Positions 38,430-51,960 are shown, numbered from the whole stretch's first letter. The stretch is DNA of 63,017 bases, filler included, from Platydemus manokwari (GCA_037951405.1; 5 parts of 5 records of this genome joined end to end with filler, not necessarily neighbours in it); one strand, 5' to 3'. Made by a program: numbers and translations. The notes: generated by a model not told the origin, from the letters alone.

Positions 38430-39500
38430 ATGCGACAGATAAGCAATTAGATAATAGAGTATGATTACATTAAATTACAATGCACTATTTTTTCTAAGAA
38501 GAGTCTTTTGTAAATATCGATTTGCGGAGATATACGCAAAGTGTGGCTATAATAGGAAATGAATTCGTCTTCTCTTGTACTTTCAATTTCAATATTTTTG
38601 AGCAGTTATGATGCCGAGTGAGACTTAAATCTTCTTGCTAGCTAAGTCCAGAGCCAAATTTCAATTACGAATTCGATAGTTTGGAAAAATTAATATTACA
38701 GATTCTTAGCTCAGGCTATTTTATTTTCTATCTTCATTAGCCACAGAGTTTGCATCTTGTCTTTGTATTCACCCTTTTGCGTTCTATGGTAATCTTGTCC
38801 ATCTATTATTCTTAAATCCTAGACAGTTTAGAATAATATTGTTTTGTGGAGTACAAGTTCTAAGTACTCCCACGATGAAGGTATGTTGTCCGATTTACTT
38901 CCTTGATACTTTTTCGAAGACATTCAAAGTTTTTGGAGTTACTTTTTATGCGTGTTTAAAAAATATTGGTTCATTGTTAATGATTGTTTCTGATCTGTTT
39001 TTGGAAGCACTGTTCTTAGACATGAGTGAATACAAGAAATCTCAATGCCTTGAATTTTTTCCAGTACAGAATTTGCGTATATTTTTTCTTTGAAGAAGAT
39101 ATAATTTTCACTCTCCATTTTTTACAAAATTTGGTCCTTTTCCAGTCAGTGGTTTGCAATTCAATTGTCCAATTCTGTCTATATCTATTTCTTTAATGTT
39201 AAGTTTTCGAAATCTTTTTTTCGAATAAATAAGTAACTGGATTGCAGCCGTTCTCCTTTTTAATATATCTGTCTGTTTTTTGTAAATGTTTTTCATATTA
39301 TTATTGTCAGTTTCGATTTTGGAGTAATTCGGTTTTATCGAGAAATTTTCCTGCTTTATTGCCATATCTTCTGTAAAGGTGATTTCTTCAGACGGGTTGA
39401 GTAGGCAAAATTTTAGTCTTTTTCCAATCAAGAATTTTTCCAGCTGATGCAAGTGACTATTATTTCGTTGTTTTATTAATTTCATTATCAAAATCGATTT
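38430..39500 (-). mobile_element. Decayed non-LTR retrotransposon 3' region (probably RLE-type)
   Basis: Lys/Asn-rich broken ORFs on - with a TRCKLCG zinc-knuckle remnant near 38740-38765. Confidence 0.4.
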
Positions 39501-39829
39501 TATCCAATATAGACCAACCGTGAATTTTTAAGAATTTCATAGAAAAATTATTTAATATCTCTTAAATTTATTTCTAATGAAAGCTGAAAAATGTACATGT
39601 ATTCATGAAATTCTTTGGCCTAATATTTAGCGAAACATAAATTATTTTTAAGAGTTATCAGTTATCATTTTAAACGATCTATTAAAATTAATTTTTTTTC
39701 TATAGAAGATGATTTTTACTAAGTAAATCTAATTTATTGAAGAATAAAATAAAATAAAAAACGAAGGTAAATTTCCAAGCATATTTTTCAAGACTATAGA
39801 ATACAATCACGAAGATAATCAAAGAGAGT

Positions 39830-41891
39830 TCAAAAGGTATCCAATTTTCTACAAAGAGCACAACCAAGTGCAAATTCTTCGCCTGTTGGAGGATGTATAA
39901 CATGTAATGGGCATTCTGTACTTGATAAATGTTGTAATGCTGGTCCTGAAATGAGAACATGAAGACATTAGTCTTATATAAAAATATATATACTATCACC
40001 TGCTGGGCATTGGGGTAACCACGTGGCTTTAAGAACACTGTCTAAATTATCGTGACACCGTTGGCAAAAATGAGTGGTACCAAAACAAAAGAACACTGCT
40101 ACTGAACAACAATATCGACATTTATATTCAAGAAAATCTGTTGAGTGTTTCGGGCAAATTTTAGCTTGAGCTACATCTGAACAAGCTGCGCAACACAATT
40201 CCGTAGCTGGATCTGCAGCTGGAGAATTTTGAACTCTGTCCGTATTAACATGGGCATTCAATAGCAAATCAGGCTCACACCTAGCCTCACCTCCGTAGTA
40301 TGACTAAAAGTAAATAAAAATTCAAATTTCCAAAACCCAATTTTTGTAAAAATACATTTTTATTTACAATATACTTCTGAACTATATTAAATAAAATACC
40401 AAAAATGGAAATTCACGAAAAATTTAAATAAAATTTGATAAATCTTATTCGCGGTTTGTAATTTCATTAGTGTGTTTTATTTTAGAATTTTATAGTTTCA
40501 CTGAACAGAAATATTTTTAAAAATATCTCCTTTAGCTTTCTTTAAAGATAGCACATTATCCACAAATTCAATAATAATGCATTACAGAAAATATGAAATT
40601 AATTTATTGATTTCGTCTCTTTAATTGAAACTCCAGTTCTTCCGGGTTCCATTTAACTGTGCTAGACTAATCGACGAAGAAGCTCTTTACGGATAAAATA
40701 ATAATTTTACGAGAATAAATTTACTTTAAAACATTCTAAATTTCTGTCCTAGTTTTCTTGATGAAATAAATACTTTTAAATGATTATCAAAATTTTTATT
40801 AAAATAAACTTAAAGTAGTATCGAAGAGTTGATTTTGTAATGATGAAATCCGAATTTATGTCCCGATAGTTTGGAATCAAAAAGAAAACATATTAAGTAT
40901 TTTAACTGGGATAATCAAATTTTAAACCTCAAATTAGATATATAATCTTTATGGAGTATCAAAAGAGATAATATTTTCATTCCACTTATAGTTGTTTTCT
41001 AAACCATTAAAATACAATAAAATCAACGTGGCATGAATCCGGAAAATACGATAAACGTATGAAAATGCCAAAATTGATTTGTCTAACAGAAGTATAGGAA
41101 TTTTGTTGTTAAAAAGATACTCATAAATAAATGAAAAAATAAAAAAAAAGGAAATCATTAAATGCAATAGAAGGTTAGAAATAGCTGAAATATATTATAA
41201 TATCAAAATCAATTTAAGGTAATTTAAGGTAATTTAATAAGGTAATTTATATTTATAAGGTAATTTAATATTTATAATCTTGGTATTATAATATGACAGT
41301 GGACCAATCTAAAATCTCAATAATTAGACTAATATTTGAATTTGATTTTTACGGCAATGCAAATATTCAAAACTAACATTTTTACATTTATAGCACAAAT
41401 AATAACAATATCTGTTGAGAGCGAACTCTTCTGGCTGATCTTTTAAGGAGCCATCGGCATATTTCATTTCAGGAGAATCTATCAAACCTTCGTGCTCTAA
41501 TCTCAACAAAGCTTTCCTCTTTACCTCCTTTTCCAGAATATCATATGGTTCCAAAAGGTCCTGTAAAAATTATTCGATAAAGTGATGTCAAATAACAAAA
41601 ATATGCTAAAAAATCTAAATGATGAAAAAGTGACTTATCTAGTTTGGACGAAACTAAAAATATTACTAAAATCATGATTCAATATAAAACCTGTAAAGCT
41701 GGATGTTCCATTCTCTGTTTACAAAATGGGCATTTGCGGAAATTGAAAGTAACCCGATATCCCGGCCAACCTGCTTGAATTTGCCGCCTGGCGCAATGAT
41801 AATGTAACATATGACGACAATTATCCAGAATGATTATGGGGCCTTCCAAAAGTGTATCGGTGAAACAAATCATACACACATCATCTCCATC
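39830..41891 (-). CDS. MYCBP2: E3 ubiquitin ligase MYCBP2/highwire/RPM-1, C-terminal RING and tandem-cysteine domain (last 4 exons; 5' part not in this contig)
   Basis: Exons 41891-41691, 41560-41378, 40303-40000 and 39945-39830, with consistent phases. Motifs DDVCMICFTD, YYGGEARC, CPKHSTDFLEYKCRYCCSVAVFFCFGTTHFC, HPPTGEEFALGCALCR. Confidence 0.96.
41211..41270. repeat. Short minisatellite (AATTTAAGGT-like units) in a MYCBP2 intron
   Basis: About four degenerate copies of TAAGGTAATTTA. Confidence 0.7.
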
Positions 41892-42849
41892 CTAAATGAA
41901 GTTCATTATCAAATACAAAAAAGTTAATATTTAATTCAATTTACAATATTTCGACAAAGAAAATGAATAAAGATATTAATAATAATAATAAAATCAAAAA
42001 TAATATAAACTCTATCAACTATAGTTATTTTTCATTCGAAAGTGTTATATCGTTAATTCAGAAATAAATTATCTAATATTTCTCTCAACTAGTTAACATT
42101 TGGTTCAGTCTCACAAAATATGCCATATCATAATAAATTCTTCTAATCTGTTCATATTAAAATCTCCAACATTCACGTGAAATTCAATCGAGATATTATT
42201 ATCCAATCTAGATGATAATAAACTTGAAAATTTTAAATGTAAATATTCTCAATAAAAATACTTGTAGTATCCACGAGAAATTTCCCGATACGGTTAAAGA
42301 GATATATTAACCTGTGACCCATTTTTGAAAACTCATTGTTTAAGCGCTTAAAAAATTCAAAATGTGATATAATCACTAATACTTATTTGCGATTAAAGAT
42401 GTTCATTTCAAAAATATTTATAATATAAACTACACTTCCATTCAATATTATCTTAACCAATCATTTAGAAATTCACAGTGCTTATGTTAATACCAGCGAC
42501 TGCTATGATTTAAATTCTGAAATTAATTTCAGAAAAGTAAAATAACATAACATAGACAGAAAAATGGATTTTCATTTAATGCCATTGTTCATTCTGAAAC
42601 TATTAGAAAATGTGTTTCAAGTTGACGTTATATTATGCCGAGAAGTTGCAAGGCATTAACAAAATTATAATAGCATTTTCTGAGAAAAAATATATCGAAA
42701 CAAAAAATGAATTACGAAAAATTTATTCAATTTAAAGAAAATGTTTAGCATTTCTGTTGTTGGGTCAAACTGTAAATATTAGGTGTATAACCTTAAAATT
42801 TCGGTTTTTTTTGAAAAATATTTATTTATTTAAAGTACATTTTGCATAG

Positions 42850-42949
42850 NNNNNNNNNNNNNNNNNNNNNNNNNNNNNNNNNNNNNNNNNNNNTTAATTA
42901 ATTAANNNNNNNNNNNNNNNNNNNNNNNNNNNNNNNNNNNNNNNNNNNN
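42850..42949. other. Artificial contig-joining spacer N44-TTAATTAATTAA-N44
   Basis: Same 100-nt spacer. Confidence 0.95.
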
Positions 42950-43034
42950 TGTTTAAATGATTTGGTAAAACAAAAACTTTAAACAACTAAAAAACATGAA
43001 TAACTTTTGACTCAGCCTAATATTTGCAATTGAA

Positions 43035-43750
43035 TGCTTGACAACATTAATAAACATGCTTTTTGGCTTACCTTATTTAGCACCTTGGTGCTGAGTTAAG
43101 CATTGTGAACAAAATGCCTCGCTTATCCTTGAGAGTCCATCTGCATTTCCATGATCTAATCTTTTCCGATATTGAAGTTTGCATTGATAAGTTTGCAAAC
43201 CAAGTTTGAAACTGAGGGCTAATCGATTTATTAGTTTTCTTCATGTATGTCAAGGCTTTGTGATCGGTGCGAGTCACAAATTTCTTCTTTACTTCTATTT
43301 TATCTCTAGCTGATATATGTCCTATTGACTCCACCCCACTGACGAGATAGGCACAGGAGATTGATTCCAGTTTTTATGTCTTCTATGGAGAGTGAGCTTA
43401 CACAATAACTTGCTTCATTTTTGGTTTGAATATCGGCTTCATCTTCTTTGTCATGGATGTACAGTATTCTCCTCGGACTGTTGTAACGACGCTTTCTGGC
43501 TAAATAGTATTCTCTGAACGAATGTCCTTCTTTTCCTCAAATCAAACATTTATTCCGCAGTGGACATTCAAACTTTTAATGTCCAAGCTCACCACAGTAA
43601 AAACAAGCTCCTGGTTTCAAATAATCACCACGTGACATTGGTTTTCCTCTATAATCGTTGTAAAATTTAGAAGCAATAGCTTTCATTGATCTTGTTGGTC
43701 TCTCATTGTTTTGAGATTCAATGCGATTAACTGGTGCTTGATGATAATTA
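43035..43750 (-). mobile_element. Gypsy family copy 2, internally deleted (gag zinc knuckles joined to the end of RNase H)
   Basis: 43035-43286 matches 2465-2737, 43287-43575 matches about 4343-4632, and 43700-43750 matches about 4640-4690. Encodes CFYCGELGH*KFEC and TDHKAL. Confidence 0.9.
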
Positions 43751-43899
43751 TCTATATTTATGCACAAATGTACAAGCTTAATTGTTTTATGTACAATCAG
43801 ATTATATGCCTGCATGGGCAAGCCTTGAAATTTACATTTCAATCCGCGCGGCCACCAAAAACAAAACTAAACAATTCATACAACAAGCATACACATCAG

Positions 43900-44750
43900 T
43901 AATTCATAATGGTTCTTCATTGCCGATATAGATATTGGAGCAGTGCAGATGCCAGATTCTTGCCGAGTATCTTATCGAGGTGATTGATAACTTTGCTGCA
44001 ATGGCCGACAAGTCATCTTCGGGTATTCCCATCTTTTTGAGTGTTGATAATGAGGTGTTTGGAACTTGGATCTCTATTCGTTGGTATCGCGTTTACTGGA
44101 AATGTGTTTGTTCTAGCTTTGTGGATGAAATTCCAGGCAAACGGACCAATTTCACCACTGTAAATTAGCTTATTAAGTTTGGTGTTGTGGCTCACTGTTT
44201 GGGATAGATAGTTGCTACCGTTACTTGACGCCCATTGCAGCAGATAAGATACGTGAACGGTTTCGTGTAGGATTTTTGTGATTTGTTTAAGATGACATAT
44301 TTGTATGACTGATATTATTTGTCTGGCATCTGTAAGTCTGATATTGAAGAATCCATCTGCACATTCGAATGAGATTGTTGTTTTGTGGGTAGCTTTGAAA
44401 TATGTGATTGCTCTTCTAACTCGGACCCACCATGTTTTGCATGCATATTTGTTTGATTGCGGGTATACTTGTCCATTTAGCCATTCTAATGATTGGTTTG
44501 TTGTTGCATTTTTATTGTAGGCTTTGATAGAAGGTTGATTGAGACAATTGGGGTTTGATCTTCTGATATGCTGAAGATAAAGATGATGTTGTAAGCTTGT
44601 TGATCCTGCCTTGTAACATAAGGAAATGATTAAGTTTTCGGTTAATTGTTCCCTCAGGTTTGATTCTTTCGATTTTCTCGCTTTGGATGGCTTTTTCGGG
44701 CTTGAACCTACGATTTATAAGTAGTTCCAATTGCCCTCATCGTCCAACTC
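43900..44750 (-). mobile_element. RLE-type (NeSL/Utopia/R2-group-like) non-LTR retrotransposon fragment
   Basis: Minus-strand translation ...WWVRVRRAI...WNFIHKARTNTFPVNA... resembles the W-x-FIHRAR-x-N segment between RT and the zinc knuckle in this group; interrupted. Confidence 0.6.
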
Positions 44751-44792
44751 TATTCATTCTTTTTTTTAGTGAGTGCCTTTGACTGAGATGAT

Positions 44793-44799
44793 TATAATG

Positions 44800-44848
<49 letters not shown>

Positions 44849-44892
44849 TAATAATAATAATATAAACAATAATAATACAAATAATAATAATT
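44793..44892. repeat. (TAA)n microsatellite
   Basis: About 100-bp TAA/CAA array. Confidence 0.95.
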
Positions 44893-45765
44893 ATCTTTTA
44901 CAAAAATAAAAAACCATTGTGACTAAGAAAAGTGAGATATATCAGATGGAAAAACTATACAGACCTCAAGAAGTATGCCAGGTAAAAATCAAAATTATGA
45001 CATAACAGCTACCTTAGAAAACTGTCTAAAATGTTGTGAAAATAATAAATAAACATTCGATATTATGACAAATAAATCAAATTTTTTTAATTTCTCATTT
45101 GAAAAATGAAAAACATTTTCATTTTCTCACATGGAAAACACACCTAACCTGAGTGTATGAAGAGTACGTGGGCTGATTAGAGACATTCTCAGAAAAAGAG
45201 TGAATAAATTCATACACAAGCCTATAGAAGTAATCGAAAACTATTGCAGAAAATAATTTAAAAGTATTTTAGAAAAATTAATTAAGAAATTATTGAAGAA
45301 TCGATCTAAGAATATTCAATGAAATTCCTTTTGAAAGAATTTCATGAAAGTTATTATTTATTTATATTACCTGAAAATGTATTCAATTTCAAAATATTCG
45401 ATCAATCTTCTCGTAACAATATCTTCATCTACTCATCTTCTCATCAACCAAAAGATCAAAAAATCGAAAATTTTGAATGGTAAGGAACTGAATATTGGAA
45501 CTGCCGAAAACCATGGATGTGAGAAGAATTTCTCTGCCATCAACAGGAACTAAAGCCGAAAAAGGAAGGAAACTAATATTTACAAACCATAAATGAGATG
45601 AGGGATTTCCCACCGCCTCGAGAAGATCATATTTGTGTTTAAATAAATATTAGATTTTTTTATTAAAATTATAAAAACCGAATCCATATTATCTACTCGG
45701 CACTCAGTGCCACTTATTCAACAAGTCGCGATCAGTATTTCCAAATTTATCATCGATAATTGAAT

Positions 45766-45968
45766 CTATAGTTTTGGTGCTCCAAAATTAATGCTCACTG
45801 ATCGGGGTAAAGCTTTTGTGAGAAAGGAAATGAAAGAATTAGCAATACCGTTCGGAATAAAGCAAGAATTTCCCTCTCTATACCAATACCAGGCAAATGG
45901 CTTGGACAAAAGAATAATTAGGACGGTCCGAGACATGGTGGTCACAACACTGGCATAAGAGAAAAACG
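45766..45968 (+). mobile_element. Gypsy family copy 3, isolated integrase-core fragment
   Basis: Translates FGAPKLMLTDRGKAF...LYQYQANGLDKRIIRTVRDM and is the reverse-complement homolog of about 1815-2000. Confidence 0.85.
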
Positions 45969-47984
45969 TCTGTTTTATTTTTGAAACAATGAATTTTGAT
46001 GGAAACAAGAGACTGTTTTTACTTATATGATTTGTTTATTTATCTGTGCTTTCCCAACATATGCACTATTTTCATACGTATTAGTATCATTGTACTATTA
46101 AATTCAATAATTCTATAACCGTTTATCGATTTTACCTATTCATTTCAATATCTGACATTATAAGCACACAATGTTTATTTGATGATATTAAATAAGTTGT
46201 TGGTTGGGCTAGATTTTTGGTGTGCAGGTGCTTCAGTAACCGCTATGATGACTAAATTATTGGAAAATTAATTATTTAGCTAAAGGTCTCTCGATAGCAG
46301 GAAACTGGTTGACGACTGACCTAAATGATATTAGGTATTTCATTATTCCCAAGATGATAGGATTTATAATGAAGCTACGATGGCTGCGTTGCGTGGTCTT
46401 ATTGCTCAAGCTGATATTTCATCTTTAATTAATTGTTTAAATAGACTACCACCAGGATCGTGCTGATGATTATGATTTGAACCCGCTTTATAGGCTTAAA
46501 TCACCCAAGTTGTATTGCGTTTATAGATATTTAATATGATCAATATTCTGATAATTCAGAACCACAAAACGTTTAAAACAAATTTATTTAAGAAACAAAA
46601 CAATGCGACAATTAATATCAAATAACAAAAAATAGAGCAGATCGCCAGTACCTTGCCTCAGCAATTAACTGACAGATCCGTAAGACGGATGAAACAGAGA
46701 TTAATATTATATGAAAGAGACGACTTATCGACAATGGTAAAATTTAAAATAATGTTAGGTATATCACAAATTAGTCAAAAGAGTCCCGAAAAGCAAGGAA
46801 AACCCTAAAACGGGTTAAAGTACACAAACCACAAAAGTAAATTTTACTATAAAATCAATTTTTGGTAAATCGTAATGTCTTTAATAATCCCCTAGCTACT
46901 ATTTAATTAAAGCTTAGTCTCATTAATTTAATGAATTCTTCACTGTATAGTTGCTGGAGTAATAGACCTTGCAGCTCTTAGCAAAAAGAACTTCTAAATT
47001 CGTACAACGAAACAGTAGTTACTAATTAATAATAATTCTAACTATTTTTCCCGGGTTATTTTTCACTGTAATTAGCTATTGTATTTCACATTTATAATTG
47101 TATTAATAATTTTGATTTAGGTGAATTACATATATTATTCTTTAATATTTTTATTTATTTATATCTAAATTATTTCTGTCATTTTTAACTTCATCTTGGG
47201 AGCCAGGCATAAACTAAGAGCTTATAAAACTTTCTGAACCAAACCAAACCAAACAAGATTAGTCAAAATTATTTTATGTATAGACACAAATTTCAATCAC
47301 GGAAGAAGGAATACACTGTCAAAAATCTCAAATAGCTTGTCAGATGTGGATATGTTAGAATCTCTCTCAATAACGACATTATCGGGTTCTTAAAATATTG
47401 AGTTAATTGCCAATGTGAGAGTGAATTATTTGAATCAATAGTTTATAACAATAAATGCTATTAATTTAACAAGATATAATAAGTTCTTAATACAAAAATA
47501 TTTTTAATTTCAAATATATAATAACAATGAATAATAAAAATTAAACATAATTGAATCATATAATATGTTCCAAACAATTTTAATATTCTTTTGTAAGCTT
47601 AAATATTATCATCACAACTTTAATTATTGGTTATGATATTTCACTCATTCGATAGGAAAATAAAATCAATCAATTTTAACTTTTACTAAAATAATTTATA
47701 TAGTTTATTATTTCTTATTTGATGACAATTGTCATTATTAAAATAATTTCTTTCTCAACATTATTACTTGTAGAAACAACATTATTAAATTAAAGTTATG
47801 AAATTAATTAACAAAATTAATTTAGAATAAAAATATAAATTGATGTAAAAATGTAATTTACCGATATTTAGCTTAAATAATTTAATAATTTATGTTTAAA
47901 TTTGTTCAGTGATTAATTTATTTTGTTTGTGTGGTATAAATAATTAAATTCTTTAGTTCTTTTTCAAATTATTTCCTTGAATCA

Positions 47985-50625
47985 ATGGTAAGACTACTTA
48001 GGATTTGATGATGATTTATTAGTTTATTTTAGGCACGTTTAACAGAAATGGAACTAAATGGTTACTTTTTATTGTATTATTAAAAACAAATTTAGATTGG
48101 TATTTTTAGATGCATTAGAAACATTTGCATTATTTGATACTAAAGGCGATAATAAAATTGAAGCACGTCAAATCGGTGAAGTAGTCAGGGCTTTGGGATT
48201 GAATCCAACAGAAGCTGAAATTAAGAAGTGCGGTTACAATAATCCTGGTAAGAAATTGAAATTTGTCAATTATTAAGTTGTTATAATGTTTTTATTGCAG
48301 AAGAAAGAATTTCCTTTGAAATTTTTATTCCAATTTATCAAAGTCTAACCAAACAGAAAGTCAGCTCGGATCCACAAGAATTTGTTGAAGGTTTCAAAGT
48401 GTTTGATAAAGATGGAAATGGAATGATTAGTGCCGCTGAATTAAGGCATTTGCTGACTGCAATCGGGGAACGATTGCGTGAAAATGAAGTCGATGCACTT
48501 TTGGCTGGAATGGAAAATTCTCAAGGCCAAATTAACTATGAAGGTACATTTTACATTATTGATACGGATTTTTTGACGGAATCCATTATATAATTCTACA
48601 AAAGAGAAAAATTGAATATATTATAAACTGTTTCCATTTATATCATTAAATACGCTAGAAACTGAAGTACAGTTGTACAATGATATTCCATTGAATAATT
48701 TGAATGTTTGAATATTACTCATTTTATTTGTGTGGTGAAAACCAATCGAGATAATCAATAAAGTTTGTCAAATAATACAAATTATAATTATTTTTTAATT
48801 TCAAAATTATGCTTGTTAAATTTAAATAAATAAATTATCATTTGAAATTCGGTGTTTCCGAGAATTGCTTTTAACTATTTGATGAATTAATTATCGATTA
48901 AAATTTAGTGATATATTAATTTATAATAATTGATTGTAATTATTTATCGATATATTTATAATTAAGTATTGAAAATCAACTAATTCAATGATGGATTGAT
49001 TATTGATTAAAATCTGACCAATCACATTGCTCCATTTTATTTTCTTAATGTGTGAGATATTATTAATGTGATATCCGATCGAATTGATGTCGATTTTCTC
49101 ATCTCAAGTTTTGATATCATTTGATTGATTTCGATCTCATAGTTTGTTGCTTCAAAATATTCTTTATTTTCGATTTATTGATTAATATTGATGTTTTATT
49201 TCACTTCAACAATTATTATTACAATGATTCAATTAATCTATTGATTTTTCAAGGATTTGAATCATTTTATTTTTATTTATAATTTTTCTTAATAATATTT
49301 AATTAATTTAATAATTTAATGTGGATTTATTAAGCTTTCTAAACTTATATTTAATAATATTTTATGCATTTAATATCAAACATTAACATATTAAATTAAT
49401 TTCTAATTAAATTAATTACGTATTAATTAATAATTATTAGATGTTTATGATTTTCTACAAAATAATATTATGAAATAATATATTAATTTAAAGTTAAATT
49501 TAATGTTTTAATTATTTTTTTAATTAATTATTATTTGATCAGTATTTATAACATTTTTCGAAATACTTTTCATTAATTTGATAAAGCATTGAGCACCCCC
49601 ACTGTCTATCAGATTATCGCAGTAACATCTTTCAAAATTATTTCTAAAATACCACATAACTTCTATTTAGAATTTATTTTCATTAAATTATCTGTGAATA
49701 TCTGATTTATTTTTCGTTCAAAATGATCGTGCCAATATTTTGATCTATTAACAAAATTGTATTAATCATATCAAATATTAACAAATTGAGATAATTATAT
49801 ATATACTTTTATTCTATTGATATCACTATTTTGGAAATGGAAATCTTATATTGTACAGGGCTTTATTCGTCTTATTGAATACTTTATCATCTATTTGATT
49901 TCATCAATGAATCAACATTATATCTTTATCTCAATTTCCATAATACTGATCGTCAACTCAATTCTTTCCAAATTATGAGCTGAATTACATAATCATCTAG
50001 TATAGGAATTATTTGAACTAAAATAATTGATAACGATACCTCGAATTTATATTGATTTTTAATATTAAATCCAATTAATTATTAGTGAAATAAATTTAAT
50101 GAAAACTAGTTTAATATTGATATTACGTATAACATGTTCGAAATATGTAAATAATGAGGCTTGGTCCAACGGACTTGAATCTTAAATATCACATGAATTG
50201 TGAGAACAAAACTCGTTTTGAAGTTATTCAAATCTTTCCTTTACTTTTCTAGCTTCATCAATAAATTAATTTATAGTTATTAAAAATTCAACACAGAAAA
50301 CAAATAGGAACCATGGAATATATCATACAGTGGCAAGAATAAACATAAAATACATAATTTTTAACCCCAAATTTTAACCCCAGTTATTAATAATCATCAA
50401 ATGCTTCTAATCTAAGGATATTCAAATGCCACGTCACTAAAGCTTGTAGTGATTAATTGCCGATCCGAAAAATCTAAAAATGAATCATTTCGTTTTGGAT
50501 AACATTTATCTCTTTTAATAGATGATATACATCATATTACATTTCCAAAATCACGAAAATTATGTATTTATTCTGTTGATGTTCGTTTATATTTTTCAGA
50601 TTTTGTTCACCACATCATGAATTGA
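47985..50625 (+). CDS. Myosin essential (alkali) light chain, EF-hand protein
   Basis: Exons 47985-47987 (ATG only), 48033-48060, 48110-48247, 48301-48543 and 50600-50625, with consistent phases. Motifs [58 protein letters not shown]. The ATG-only first exon is typical of this family. Confidence 0.93.
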
Positions 50626-51960
50626 TCTTTCACATTCCAGAAACGACGAGATTGTCCGGAATTTGATTTGAGTGTTTGTATTTGTGCGTGCTCATTGAAT
50701 GAATTTAATTTATGATTAGGCTATATTTATTTGTTAAAAAACGTATTGATTATATATATATACATCACTAATAATAAATGTGGCTTTTGTTGATCGTTGT
50801 TATTTCATTCTGTCTACTCGTTCTTGTTTTCATTGTATATCTTTATATTGTTACACATTATTTTCATGACTATCAATTGAGCCAATCACGATTCATTTTA
50901 AATAACAAGCTAAAATGTAGTTCTTGTTTTTGTTGTGTTGGTGTTTAACAATGTTGTGTAAACATCTCTTTGACACGAAATATGATAGGTAACAAAATAT
51001 TGTTGTGTATGTAAATTTATTTTTAACGGTATGTGAATGTTTCTAAATTATCTTGAAACTTTGATAAATTTTAGAAAACATTAAGCTTTTTTTGCAGATA
51101 AGATCAATAATGATACCGGTGGTATAGTTGTCGTATAATTGCCAAGATTGAAATGGTCATTATTAATTAAATTTGGTTTTATTTAATGATAAACAGCAAG
51201 TTAAAAATCCTATTTTAATGAATCTGGAATTTAAAGAAGTTTTCCTTCCTTTTTAAAATATTGAAATATGAGTGATTTACTCGATTGAGGCTATGAAAAG
51301 AAATTTAAAAGAAAATTAAAACCGAAAACATGGATTTTGACGAACTGACTTTTATTTAGGTTGATATAAAGCTAGAGAATTTTCTCGTTGAAATTTTAGA
51401 TAATAGAAAATAATAAAAATAAATATTTCACAAAGTTCCAGTAAATAATCCTATTAAAGAAAAATAATAAACGAAGTGCAAGGAAATAGGATAGAGCAAA
51501 CTGATATGTAGAATTGATTCGTTTATCAGACAATATATGCTATAAGATTAAAAATTAGGAATTTATGAACAAATATGACAATTTAATGACGATTTGTTTT
51601 ACTGATAAATACTGAATTAATAACAGTAGAGGCTAAACAAAGCGGACGAAGTGTCTCAAGAAGGAGAAATCAGAATACTTCAACTATTAGATATTGTTAT
51701 GATTATTTCTATCAAAAGCCTCAGATGAATACCAAAATACAGATATGAGCAAAACATGAACCAAAATAAATTTTTTGAAGCATGAGTACTAGGCCAACGC
51801 ATGTAACAGTGTAAGAAGTATTATGAAACTCAGACATTTAGGTGAGAAGTTGGTGGAAAGTAATGGACTGGAATTGTGTTGGTGAATTATTTCTGATTCA
51901 CTTTGCTTTGTTTCTTCTACTAGACTTCGTATTGCAAATCCATCAATTGGTGAAAGCCTT

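Noticed and set aside
49859-49880. Possible alternative last exon of the myosin light chain (reads GFIRLIE in phase 0)
   Set aside because: The upstream donor at 48543 is phase 1, so splicing to this AG gives GLYSSY*. The 50600 exon fits both phase and family consensus.
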